Shown here: positions 39,262-48,895 of the stretch, in pieces
How positions within the stretch are numbered: the first letter of the stretch is position 1
How the letters are laid out: each line of letters opens with the position of its first letter
Assembly: GCA_039811685.1 (NCBI GenBank)
Contig: JBDHZC010000007.1
Coordinates: 32,001 to 96,000 of the forward strand
DNA from: Armatimonadota bacterium
GTDB taxonomy: Bacteria; Armatimonadota; UBA5829; DSUL01
Direction of reading: 5' to 3'
DNA length: 64,000 nt
Translations under genes and position numbers: made by a program
Notes under the pieces: model-generated
Told to the model about the DNA's origin: nothing
What the model saw: the letters and a program-made list of their open reading frames with translations, nothing else
Database searches by the model: none

Positions 39262-40434
39262 TTGCAGGAAGAACACAACAGAGTAGCCGCCATCGCAACT
39301 GTCTTTCGTGAACGGTTCGGGTCAGAAGCGGACGCCATCGTCCGGGCGCCCGGGCGTGTAGAAGTTCTCGGAGGGCACACGGACTACAACGACGGCTTCG
39401 TGATGCCAGCGGCGATCGACCGTGATGTGCTGATAGCCGTAAAACCGGTTCCGGGTGACAGCGTCACAATGTGGAGTTGCAACTTCGAGCAGGAGTCCAG
39501 GCTTACACTGAGTCCGGACATCGCCCGTGATGACGCAGCGCCATGGTCCAATTATGTTCGCGGGGTTATAGACCAACTTCGCAAGAGCGGTGTGCTGGTG
39601 CCGGGGATGGAGATGGCTATCGAAGGCAATATCCCACTCGGCAGCGGGTTGTCCAGTTCGGCGGCTATCGAAGTCGCGACGGCTTTTGCGGTAATGGCCT
39701 GTACGGGTGGCTGTATGCCAGGTCCAGATATCGCGCTGTTGTGCCAGAGAGCGGAGAATCAGTTTGTTGGGGTCAACTCTGGAATTATGGATCAGTTCAT
39801 CTCAGTGCTGGCCCAGCAGGGAAACGCAATGTTCCTGGACTGCCGGAGTCTGGACTACAGCTTCGTCAAATTTCCTGAGAATACCAGTATCATCGTTTCA
39901 GACACCCGAAAGCCAAGAACTCTCGCAGCTTCCGAGTACAACGTGCGTCGCGCAGAATGCGAAGAAGCGGTGGAGCTGCTCAGAGCGCATCTGCCCGGCA
40001 TCAAAGCCCTGCGCGATGTGTCGTCTGACGAGCTGGAGCGCTACGCAGCGAGCCTGCCAGAGGTAGTCCGCAAACGCGCGCGGCACATTGTGAACGAAAA
40101 CGAACGGGTGCTGGAGGCGGTTGAGGCTCTGAAGAGAGGGGATGGTGAGGAGTTTGGGCGCATTGTCAACCGTTCTCACGAATCTTCGCGCGATCTGTAC
40201 GAGATCACAATTCCCGAGTTGAACTGGCTTCAGAAAGCGGCAGTAAGTGTGGAAGGCTGCCTGGGAAGCCGTCTGTCCGGCGCGGGCTTCGGTGGATGCA
40301 CAGTCAGCATTGTCCAGGACGACGCCATTGAACAGTTTATTGAAACCGTAAAGCGAGAATACGAGAAAAAAGCAGGCATTGAGCCGATAGTGGATGTCTT
40401 GACGGCTTCGGCCGGAGCATCCCGCCTGCGGTAG
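39262..40434 (+). CDS. galK: Galactokinase
   Basis: APGRVEVLGGHTDYN, PLGSGLSSSAA, GIMDQF, RLSGAGFGGC. Confidence 0.93.
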   Translation: MQEEHNRVAAIATVFRERFGSEADAIVRAPGRVEVLGGHTDYNDGFVMPAAIDRDVLIAVKPVPGDSVTMWSCNFEQESRLTLSPDIARDDAAPWSNYVRGVIDQLRKSGVLVPGMEMAIEGNIPLGSGLSSSAAIEVATAFAVMACTGGCMPGPDIALLCQRAENQFVGVNSGIMDQFISVLAQQGNAMFLDCRSLDYSFVKFPENTSIIVSDTRKPRTLAASEYNVRRAECEEAVELLRAHLPGIKALRDVSSDELERYAASLPEVVRKRARHIVNENERVLEAVEALKRGDGEEFGRIVNRSHESSRDLYEITIPELNWLQKAAVSVEGCLGSRLSGAGFGGCTVSIVQDDAIEQFIETVKREYEKKAGIEPIVDVLTASAGASRLR

Positions 40435-40449
40435 AGGAAGGACGCCAGA

Positions 40450-41709
40450 GTGATTTCAGACATCGACAAGACCGCATCCCGACAGATTGAAGAGTGGGTG
40501 AACCGCGCAGTCAACCAGACCAGGATCACGGACATTCACACTCATCTGTTTTCACCGAACTTCGGGGCGAACCTGCTTTGGGGAATTGACGAGCTCATCA
40601 CCTACCACTATCTCATCTCCGAGACCTTCCGCTGGATCGACCTACCCTATGCTGACTACTGGAAAATGAGCAAATCCGAGCAGGCGGACTTGATCTGGAA
40701 GACGCTGTTTCTGGAACACTCCCCTGTCAGTGAAGCGTGCCGCGGCATTTTGACGACGCTTGAGCGCCTGGGACTGGACACAGACGCCCGCACGCTGGAG
40801 CCGTACCGCCGCTACTTCCGCGAGCGAAGCGTCGAAGAGTACGTGGACCAGGTCTTTGAGCTTGCCAATCTGGACAGTGTCGTGATGACCAACGATCCCT
40901 TTGACGACAGCGAGCGCCCGGTCTGGGAAAATGACCGCTCCAACGTGGACCCGCGCTTTCACGCGGTGCTGCGGCTGGATGCGATGCTGAACTTCTGGGA
41001 AACGGGGATGCAAAAGCTGCGGCAATGGGGCTACCGTGTGGAAAAAGACTTCAGCGGAGAAACGGAAGCAGAGGTACGCCGTTTTCTCAAGGACTGGATT
41101 CAGCGGATGGATGCGAAGTACATGGCCGTGTCGCTGCCGCCGGACTTCGCTTTCCCGCAGGATTCTGCCAGAGGCCGTCTGATTGCCGAGTGCATTCTGC
41201 CGGTGGCGGCACAGACAAAGCGCCCGTTTGCAATGATGATCGGCGTGAAGAAGCTGACCAATCCAGATCTCCAGCTGGCGGGAGATTCTGTTGGTAAGGC
41301 TAACATTGACGTTGTAGAGCATTTGTGCCGCAGCTATCCGGACGTCAAGTTTCTGGTGACAATGCTGTCCCGCGAAAATCAGCATGAACTGTGCGTAGCT
41401 GCACGCAAGTTCCGGAATCTGATGATCTTTGGATGCTGGTGGTTCCTGAACAACCCGAGTCTCATTGATGAGATGGAGAGGATGCGGCTGGAGCTTCTCG
41501 GACTGAGCATGATCCCGCAGCACTCGGACGCCCGGGTGCTGGATCAGGTGGTCTACAAATGGGACCATTCGCGCAAAATCATTGCGCGCGTGCTGACAGA
41601 GAAATACACCGATCTGGCCGCGACCGGCTGGAAGGTGCGGGAAGAAGAGGTCAAGCGAGACGTGCAGGATCTCTTCAGTGACAACTTCTGGAGCTTCGTC
41701 AACCGCTGA
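40450..41709 (+). CDS. uxaC: Glucuronate (uronate) isomerase, short amidohydrolase-fold type
   Basis: DIHTHL, ITYHYL, MTNDPFD, GCWWFLNNP, PQHSDARVLDQ..YKW. Confidence 0.85.
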   Translation: MISDIDKTASRQIEEWVNRAVNQTRITDIHTHLFSPNFGANLLWGIDELITYHYLISETFRWIDLPYADYWKMSKSEQADLIWKTLFLEHSPVSEACRGILTTLERLGLDTDARTLEPYRRYFRERSVEEYVDQVFELANLDSVVMTNDPFDDSERPVWENDRSNVDPRFHAVLRLDAMLNFWETGMQKLRQWGYRVEKDFSGETEAEVRRFLKDWIQRMDAKYMAVSLPPDFAFPQDSARGRLIAECILPVAAQTKRPFAMMIGVKKLTNPDLQLAGDSVGKANIDVVEHLCRSYPDVKFLVTMLSRENQHELCVAARKFRNLMIFGCWWFLNNPSLIDEMERMRLELLGLSMIPQHSDARVLDQVVYKWDHSRKIIARVLTEKYTDLAATGWKVREEEVKRDVQDLFSDNFWSFVNR

Positions 41710-41860
41710 ATTAAAAATAGCAGTGTGTTCCACGTCCGAACGATGTGTGTTACACTGAGAAATACTGGCAGAGTTTGCAGGTTCTCCGGGGAGCTGGGAC
41801 AGCCCCTGAGTTAGACTGCAAGCTTCCCTCGACTGGTGTCCCCAAAAGAGAGGATTGACA

Positions 41861-44800
41861 ATGAGTCTTCGAAGACACAGCCTCATTGCGTGCGTTGCGG
41901 CTGTTCTGGCCCTTTCAACGGCTGCTGGCGCAGTGGTTGACATGTCTGGCTACATTCTGGACCCCAACTGGTACGCGCCCCACCCGTATCTGACATCTCC
42001 GCAGGTGTACGGCACGGGGCTGTACGAGTACGGCGTCGCTGGCAACATCGCAAACAGCACTCTTACTGGCTTTCAGAGCAACACAGAGAGCTATTCAGAC
42101 AACTATTTTCGGGGTATCTACGGGTTCTTCCGGCGTCCGGCGCAAAACGAAGGCGTTTACACTCTACAGACGTGGGACAACTGGTGGCGTCCGACATTTG
42201 TGTTCAATCAGCCATTTGCCGCCTTCAACAGCCCGCAACAGATAATGCGCCTGCGCGCGAACATGTGGAGCTACGCGCCGACGTGGGAAGGCAACTATCA
42301 GGAGTTTGGGCAGACTTTTGCCGCAAGTGGGACTTCCGTAACGATGATCACTGTGCGCTGCGCCGCGCCGGGTAACCCCAACCGTATTCCTCTGACGTGC
42401 ACCATCCACGAAGGCGGCCCGGGCGGCCCACAGATTGGGCCTTCGCGCGTGCAGACCACCAACAGCGGCCCAACAGACCTGCGCTACATCTGGAGCGGCG
42501 GTGAAGTGCCAACTGTGCCTGGCAATATCTACTACGTCAAGCTGAGTGGACCGAACGACGCCACAGTGCTGTGCAACAACGAACCTATCCCGGATATGTC
42601 AGACGCCATGCCCGAAGGCAGCGCCTATCACAACGGCGTTGCCTGGTCGCAGACATCCGCGACGCCAGATCAGGGCGCCGCGATGGACCTCGGCATCACC
42701 ATCAACTCTGACGACGACGGCGTGCTCACCAACATGTTTGTCCGCAGTGGCGGCCAGAACGTGGGCTTTGCGCAATCCGTTGGTCAGAGCTTCACCGCGC
42801 GCGGGACAAGCCTCATCAGCTTCTGCTGCTGGATACCTGACTCCGCCAACGTCTATGTTGCAACGCTGTACAACGGCGTCAATGGCCAGCAGATCGGCAC
42901 AGCCAAACGCAACAAGATCATGCGCAGCGCAGATCCCGAGTTGCTTTTCACCTGGGCGCCCGGAGAATGCCCGCTGACGCCTGGCGCTAGCTACTATATC
43001 GAAGTAACCCGCGCCGACAATGCGTCTCTCGGCACTGTCTATGCCAATGGATACGACGTGTACACTGGCGGTCAGGCTTACAAGAACCGCTCTGCTGTCC
43101 CGGGGACGGACCTTGCCGGAACCATTATGGAGGAAGAGTCCACAGGGTCAGCCACAAAGCCGACTGTTCAGGTCTCGATTCCGCTGTCCTTCGCGCCCGC
43201 AGACCGGGGCGCCAACAGCCTGACAGTGCGCTGGACTACAGACGTAGCCGCAGACTCGACGGTGGAGTTCGCAGCGTGGAACGCGCCCTACACGGACGCC
43301 GCTTACAGCTCCGCTAAAACTACCAGCCACGTGTTGACCCTGTCCAACCTGCTGCCGAACACGATGTACCATCTGCGTGTGAAGTCGGCTACGGACGGCT
43401 ACCGCACAGGTGTCAGCCGCGATTTCGTCGCCTGCACAACAACCGGAACCAAGCCCAACCTGCTGGTGAATCCGGGCTTTGAGTCCGCTACCGGCGGCAG
43501 CCCGAGCAACGTTGTTCCAGGATGGACAAGGAGCGGCATGGACCTGAAAGCCTCCACCGGTAACTGGTTTGGCGATCTCCCGGTCTACACAGGCAACTGG
43601 TTCCTCCAGGGCGCCATTAACGGCAGCACGGTGGATGCGGTTGTCTATCAGACAGTCTCCGGGCTGACGCCAGGGAAACAGTACAACTTCACCTGCGCTC
43701 TGTATTCAGACATGCTGGAGAATGGCGGCAAAGACAAATACGACGTCTGGAACCAAAGCGGCCGTCTCGACTACATGAAAATCGGCATTGACCCGTACGG
43801 CGGCAACAGCCCAAGCAGCCCGAATGTTGTGTGGACGCCGAGGATGTACAGCCATCTGCACTACACGACCATTGGCTTCCGCGCCACAGCGCAGAGCTCT
43901 CAGATGACCGTTGTCATCAGCCTGAGTGGGCGCGGTGGCGACTGGCACCTTTATGGAATTGACGACTGCCGTCTGACAGAGGCTGAAACGGCTGATGCGA
44001 CACCGCCAAGCGCCCCTGTAGTGACGGATGACGGGCGCTACACAACGAACGCCACTCAGCTTCATGCGACATGGACAGCCTCCAGTGATCCGGAGTCAGG
44101 TATTTCCAAATACGAGTACTCCATCGGAACGTCGGCTGGAGCTACGGATGTGGCCGGCTGGGCGGACAATGCTCTGGCGACGTCCGTTACGCGCACGGGT
44201 CTGAGCCTTGCCAATGGCCAGACCTATTACGTCAATGTCCGGGCCAAAAACGGCGCAGGCGCTTACAGCAGCGTGGCTTCAAGCGACGGTATAACTGTCG
44301 CTCAGGCGGTTGCCTCAGTTGGGGCCGCCAAAGCGCTGGTGGACGGATCAGCGGTCTCACTCAGCGGAGTGATGGTCTCAGCGAGCTTCCCATCAATGGG
44401 CGCCTACTGGGTTCAGGATATCAACCGCGCCAGCGGCCTGCGGATTGCCTCCTCTTCTTCGTATACACCAGGGCGGCTCCTCACTGTCACGGGCGTTTTG
44501 CATATCGCGGATGGCGAGCGCTATCTGTCTGACGTTGAAGAGCAGGCGGGCGCTCAGGGAAGCGCCCCACTAGCGCTGGGAATGAAGAATGCGTCCATCG
44601 GCGGTGAAGCTCTGAACCTGAACACACCCGGCGTCGATGGCAGCGTTGGCGCTTACAATGTCGGGCTGCTGGTGATGGCGTGGGGACGTGTGAACAGCGT
44701 TTCGCCAGGCGCCTTCTACCTGGACGACGGCAGCGCGGTGACGGACGGCGTTGGCCAGGGCGTGCGTATCACCGGAGCGGCGGGAGCGCTCTCCGAGGGC

Positions 44801-44896
44801 GACTACGCCGCAGTAACCGGGCCCAGCAGTACGTTCGCTTCCGGCGGCCACATTTACCGCAACGTCGTCGCCCGGGATATCTACAAGCTGGATTAG
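41861..44896 (+). CDS. Large secreted multidomain protein (tandem beta-sandwich repeat, FN3 domains, C-terminal OB-fold-like pair)
   Basis: Signal peptide, FN3-like segments (VRWTTD..LSNLLPNTMYH and WTASSDPESGISKYEY..YYVNVRAKN), RBS GAGG. Confidence 0.8.
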   Translation: MSLRRHSLIACVAAVLALSTAAGAVVDMSGYILDPNWYAPHPYLTSPQVYGTGLYEYGVAGNIANSTLTGFQSNTESYSDNYFRGIYGFFRRPAQNEGVYTLQTWDNWWRPTFVFNQPFAAFNSPQQIMRLRANMWSYAPTWEGNYQEFGQTFAASGTSVTMITVRCAAPGNPNRIPLTCTIHEGGPGGPQIGPSRVQTTNSGPTDLRYIWSGGEVPTVPGNIYYVKLSGPNDATVLCNNEPIPDMSDAMPEGSAYHNGVAWSQTSATPDQGAAMDLGITINSDDDGVLTNMFVRSGGQNVGFAQSVGQSFTARGTSLISFCCWIPDSANVYVATLYNGVNGQQIGTAKRNKIMRSADPELLFTWAPGECPLTPGASYYIEVTRADNASLGTVYANGYDVYTGGQAYKNRSAVPGTDLAGTIMEEESTGSATKPTVQVSIPLSFAPADRGANSLTVRWTTDVAADSTVEFAAWNAPYTDAAYSSAKTTSHVLTLSNLLPNTMYHLRVKSATDGYRTGVSRDFVACTTTGTKPNLLVNPGFESATGGSPSNVVPGWTRSGMDLKASTGNWFGDLPVYTGNWFLQGAINGSTVDAVVYQTVSGLTPGKQYNFTCALYSDMLENGGKDKYDVWNQSGRLDYMKIGIDPYGGNSPSSPNVVWTPRMYSHLHYTTIGFRATAQSSQMTVVISLSGRGGDWHLYGIDDCRLTEAETADATPPSAPVVTDDGRYTTNATQLHATWTASSDPESGISKYEYSIGTSAGATDVAGWADNALATSVTRTGLSLANGQTYYVNVRAKNGAGAYSSVASSDGITVAQAVASVGAAKALVDGSAVSLSGVMVSASFPSMGAYWVQDINRASGLRIASSSSYTPGRLLTVTGVLHIADGERYLSDVEEQAGAQGSAPLALGMKNASIGGEALNLNTPGVDGSVGAYNVGLLVMAWGRVNSVSPGAFYLDDGSAVTDGVGQGVRITGAAGALSEGDYAAVTGPSSTFASGGHIYRNVVARDIYKLD

Positions 44897-44899
44897 CCT

Positions 44900-45316
44900 C
44901 TAGGGCAGAAGCTCTGAGTCACGGAACCAGAGCGCGATCTCTGAGCTTGCGGTTTCGGGCGCATCCGAGCCGTGGATGAGATTGGTCTGAATGCTGTTAG
45001 TGAAGTCACCCCGGATTGTTCCCGGGGTGGCTTCCAGCGGCTTAACCGCCCCCATCATCGCACGGGCCAGGCGGATAACGTCGTCGCCTTCCCACACCAT
45101 AGCCACTACCGGACCTGAAATGATGAAGTCCACAAGCTCCCCGAAGAACGGCTTCTCCCGGTGGACGGCGTAGTGCTTCTCGGCAAGCTCCCGGCTGACC
45201 TGCTGCTGCTTCAGGCCGACCAGCCGAAAGCCTCTCCTCTCAAAGCGGGTGATAATCTCTCCTATCAGTCGCCGCTCCACCCCGTCCGGCTTGATCATCA
45301 GAAATGTACGTTCCAT
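44900..45316 (-). CDS. ndk: Nucleoside diphosphate kinase
   Basis: [28 protein letters not shown]. Confidence 0.97.
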   Translation of the reverse strand: MERTFLMIKPDGVERRLIGEIITRFERRGFRLVGLKQQQVSRELAEKHYAVHREKPFFGELVDFIISGPVVAMVWEGDDVIRLARAMMGAVKPLEATPGTIRGDFTNSIQTNLIHGSDAPETASSEIALWFRDSELLP

Positions 45317-45428
45317 GCGGTTATACCCCCGTTTGACAGTCGTTTCGCCGTATGTTACTGAAGAACGCGGCTGGATGACAAGAGCTCCCCGCGCAGGACC
45401 CTGCGGAGCGTACAAAGAAGAGGGCGGT

Positions 45429-45890
45429 ATGCAGCAGAGTGAGCTTCGGACAACCTCCGGTCTGCGGCCTTCCGAGAGCCTGGCCCTGACCCTGCTTTTG
45501 AGTGGGTTTGCGGATACGGCGGCAAGGTCACTGCTTCGGACGTGGGTAGACCTTTACTGGCATCAGAATATCAGCCGCTACGCCGGGCATCTGCTGCTCT
45601 GGGTTGCAGTCGTCTGGTGCGCGGGTGGCGCGTGCTGTCTTGTGTGGGCGTGGACGACGGGCAAGCGCTTCGTTCCGCATCCAGAGCGGTGGCGATGGGG
45701 GGTGCGTTTTCTGAGTGCGGGGAATGTCGGGTTTGTTGTCGCCGCAGCGTGTCAGGCGATGATGCATTTTGCCGGGCTTTCCGGGCCGTCCGGCGGGGAG
45801 CTGCATCCACGCTCCCTGACGATCTCCTCAGCGGCGGCATCGGTGTTTGGAGTATTCCTGCTTATTCTCGCAGCGCAGCGTCAGCGGTAG
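45429..45890 (+). CDS. Hypothetical membrane protein (about 4 TM)
   Basis: Four hydrophobic segments and a purine-rich RBS before the ATG. Confidence 0.6.
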   Translation: MQQSELRTTSGLRPSESLALTLLLSGFADTAARSLLRTWVDLYWHQNISRYAGHLLLWVAVVWCAGGACCLVWAWTTGKRFVPHPERWRWGVRFLSAGNVGFVVAAACQAMMHFAGLSGPSGGELHPRSLTISSAAASVFGVFLLILAAQRQR

Positions 45891-45901
45891 CTCGCGTACA
45901 T

Positions 45902-45935
45902 AAAGAAGCCCCGGAGCTTGTGAGATCCGGGGCTT
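45902..45935 (-). terminator. Terminator after PEP-CTERM gene A (possibly bidirectional)
   Basis: AAGCCCCGGA/TCCGGGGCTT stem followed by CTTT. Confidence 0.7.
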
Positions 45936-45976
45936 GTAGCTTCGGTCACTGTGACGTTGTAGCGCCTGAAAGAGAG

Positions 45977-46807
45977 CTACGCGCTGCGCTTGCGCAGCTT
46001 CAGCAGCCCCAGCCCGCTCATTCCGATGAGCGCGCCCATCTGGAAGAAGGCGGGTTCGGGGATAGCATTAATCTCGAGTCGGCTATTGTCAATAGCAAGG
46101 AAGTTGAACTCATTAGCGGCAAACCAGCCATACCGATTTCCGCCTACAACGCTCGGAATCAGGTCCGACGGATTGCTGAGCGTCCAACTATGCAGAACGG
46201 ACCCGCCGGCGGGCGCTATGCTCATGTCTACCGCTAACACGCCACCGTCGTCATAGAAGGAGTGCGAGAGTGTGTACCAGCCGGAACTCATTACTGCGAA
46301 GGGGTCGCGACCCGGGTTCTTGGGATATGCATTGGCGCGACCGGTATTGTTACTGGCAGAGAAGATGAACCGAGCGCCTCCAGCGCCTGGCCCCGTATTA
46401 TCTGTGTAAAATCCGGCATTGAAAGCAAAGTCACGCAGATGCGCCCCATTAGTCTTGTTGATTGCTGAGGACCAGTCGAAGCGCGTGTCGTTTGTACCAC
46501 TCATATCGAGGTAAACATCAATAGAGGTGGTGTACGGTTGAAAGACACTAGAGTAACCGCCCCAGTTAGTTGCAGCTGATCCACCCATAGGGTCTGATAT
46601 TGCTTTTCCGTGAAAGCCGCCAGCTTCCGAAGTAATGCCATCGGTTCCGGACGGAACGCGCGTGGCATCACTTGCACCACCAAAAACATTCCACCCAGAA
46701 TTGTCGGTTTCAAAGCCGTTGAAAAAGTCGGCGTGCGCACGTGCACCGGCAAAAATAAGACAGCCGATAACGGCCGGCACAACCAGTTGTGTGAATCCAA
46801 ACTTCAT
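45977..46807 (-). CDS. PEP-CTERM protein A (variant tail)
   Basis: Signal peptide, C-terminal IPEPAFFQMGALIGMSGLGLLKLRKRSA. Confidence 0.92.
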   Translation of the reverse strand: MKFGFTQLVVPAVIGCLIFAGARAHADFFNGFETDNSGWNVFGGASDATRVPSGTDGITSEAGGFHGKAISDPMGGSAATNWGGYSSVFQPYTTSIDVYLDMSGTNDTRFDWSSAINKTNGAHLRDFAFNAGFYTDNTGPGAGGARFIFSASNNTGRANAYPKNPGRDPFAVMSSGWYTLSHSFYDDGGVLAVDMSIAPAGGSVLHSWTLSNPSDLIPSVVGGNRYGWFAANEFNFLAIDNSRLEINAIPEPAFFQMGALIGMSGLGLLKLRKRSA

Positions 46808-46886
46808 CGCAGTTCCTTTCTCGATATGCTCACCAAACCAAAGGGCCGTTACGTACTAACAGATGTCGCAACGGCCCATTAAGACG

Positions 46887-47612
46887 CTACACTCGCTTGC
46901 GCAGCTTCAGCAGCCCCAGCCCACTCATTCCGATGAGCGCGCCCATCTGGAAGAAGGCGGGTTCGGGGATGTAGCCGACGACGCGCATTGTTACGTAGTC
47001 CTTTCCCGCGACATGCGGGGGATCAGGCGTGTAGAAATCCTTCAGATTCCACGTGCCCTGAATGAGCGAACCGGGATTAGCCAGAGACCAGTCCACGGGG
47101 CCTCCCCACCCAGTCGGCTGGCGTGTCCCGGCCTCAGCCAGAAATGACCCCGCCAACGCTGCCGATGTGCGGTCAAGGTTGAACGACGCAGTTACTGAAA
47201 CGGTCGCTTTCTCCAGATAATCCGCCACTGTGTACCCGTAACCGGGTGCAAACAGATAGTATGTGCCGGTATAGACCGCCGTGTTAGCGCCAAGGTTTTC
47301 CGACACCTTAGTCAGCGTCAGATTCCAGCCATAAGCCGTCTTCAGATCGGAGCCGACCTGAGGCAGGACTGGATGAGCAGAGTACGTTGTGAACCAGCTT
47401 CCCGGATGGTCAACACTCTGATTGAAAAGTCCAGGACCGGCCCACGTGTTGACTATCGTCAACGTATCGAAAAGCGGGCTGACGTTGTACGTTGTTGTGC
47501 CGTCTGCCGCCATCCTGATATCCAGATCGTAGGCACTAGCCTGTGGGATCGAGGACAGCGCCAAGGCTGCAACACCGAGGCCCACCAGCGCTACTTTCAT
47601 GTTTATTTTCAT
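46887..47612 (-). CDS. PEP-CTERM protein B (variant tail)
   Basis: Signal peptide, IPEPAFFQMGALIGMSGLGLLKLRKRV. Confidence 0.92.
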   Translation of the reverse strand: MKINMKVALVGLGVAALALSSIPQASAYDLDIRMAADGTTTYNVSPLFDTLTIVNTWAGPGLFNQSVDHPGSWFTTYSAHPVLPQVGSDLKTAYGWNLTLTKVSENLGANTAVYTGTYYLFAPGYGYTVADYLEKATVSVTASFNLDRTSAALAGSFLAEAGTRQPTGWGGPVDWSLANPGSLIQGTWNLKDFYTPDPPHVAGKDYVTMRVVGYIPEPAFFQMGALIGMSGLGLLKLRKRV

Positions 47613-47698
47613 ATCTCTGACCTCATCAGATTAGCGAGCTATTCCGGCGGGCGCACCGCAAACCTGGCGCTAACTTCCCGCCGGAAAGTGTAGAATTG

Positions 47699-48433
47699 TT
47701 ACGCGCTGCGCTTTCGCAGTCTCAGCAGCCCAAGTCCGCTCATACCGATGAAAGCGCCCATCTGGAAGAAGGCGGGCTCGGGGATGGCAGTCGTCGAACC
47801 GAAGTCCACGCGACCTACGTCTCCGTTCTTCAGGGTAATGGTCAATCCATCCAGATAGCCGTCATACCCACCCCAGGCGCTGTTTGTGTGAACGCTGATA
47901 GCCTCGATGAGACTATTACCTGTCGAGGCCTGCAGCGCCGCCAAAGTCATTCCGCCGAAGGTCATGCCTGAGTCAGTCGAGTACTCAACCCAGCTTCCCG
48001 TCACGGTGTGACCACCATAATCGCTGTTGAACTTTTGGTGATAGAACGCAGGGTTTCCATCTCCTGACCCCGTCGGCCGCGTGTAGATGGTTACCCACCA
48101 GTCCCTGCCGGCCGGTGTTCCTGTCTGCCGGAACGTGTTGTAGCTGATTGACGCAAGATCGCCGACTTTCAAGCCAGCCGTCTGCGCGCCAAACAAAGCG
48201 GACAGATAGTCCCCGTCAGCCTGGTAGCGGGCATGCCAGTTGGATTTGCCGGTGGCTGGGCCCTGCCATGAATCCGCACCCCATCCCGCTGGAGCATCAT
48301 TTGCGATGCGCGGCAGCTGCTCATCGGGTACAGAACTCGGCCCCATATAAATCGTGGTAGTTGCTGCCTGAGCGATGCCACTGACAGCTAAAACGCCAAC
48401 GGCTGCAAACGCAGCTAAACTCAGCTTCTTCAT
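47699..48433 (-). CDS. PEP-CTERM protein C (variant tail)
   Basis: MKKLSL signal peptide after a GAGG RBS, IPEPAFFQMGAFIGMSGLGLLRLRKRSA. Confidence 0.92.
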   Translation of the reverse strand: MKKLSLAAFAAVGVLAVSGIAQAATTTIYMGPSSVPDEQLPRIANDAPAGWGADSWQGPATGKSNWHARYQADGDYLSALFGAQTAGLKVGDLASISYNTFRQTGTPAGRDWWVTIYTRPTGSGDGNPAFYHQKFNSDYGGHTVTGSWVEYSTDSGMTFGGMTLAALQASTGNSLIEAISVHTNSAWGGYDGYLDGLTITLKNGDVGRVDFGSTTAIPEPAFFQMGAFIGMSGLGLLRLRKRSA

Positions 48434-48752
48434 CGTGTTCCTCAATCCTTTCTCTCGGCGAGCCGTCGCGGGCCGATAATCTGGCCTTTCGTGGCGAACC
48501 GCCGCTGTTTCGTAAGAAGAGTAGTCCGTAAGTTGGCAACTTTGGCCGCGTACACGCAACGGAACGTGTGAATGAGGAGAGCGGGATACCAGGAGGCTAC
48601 GCGAGGGAGTTCACCTCCCAGGGAGCTATCTCACGGTTATCCATCCCCTGCCAAAGCGACCGACTACCGGATTACTCAATTTGTGAACTTCACCACAGAC
48701 TGTGAAGAACTGACAGGACAACAACGTCACAGTCTGACAAGAAAACAGTTTT

Positions 48753-48782
48753 AGTCTACTCCCTAACACTAGTAGCCGTCAA
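48753..48782 (-). promoter_or_regulatory. Sigma70-like promoter for PEP-CTERM C (possibly C-B-A)
   Basis: TTGACG-18bp-TAGACT. Confidence 0.55.
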
Positions 48783-48828
48783 CACCGACCGGCAAATTCA
48801 GGTATTTATACCGATGCAGCGTCGGGCC

Positions 48829-48862
48829 AAAAAACAGCCCCCGGATGCGCATCCGGAGGCTG
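48829..48862 (-). terminator. Terminator after PEP-CTERM D
   Basis: CAGCCTCCGGA..TCCGGGGGCTG followed by TTTTTT. Confidence 0.85.
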
Positions 48863-48895
48863 GCGGTGCTCGAAAGAAGAGCTGAACGGGAGTGA

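Noticed and set aside
45948..45960. 13-nt sequence complementary to 48721-48733 (ACAACGTCACAGT)
   Set aside because: A 13-mer match is expected by chance in a window this size, and there is no further support for antisense pairing or an inversion site.
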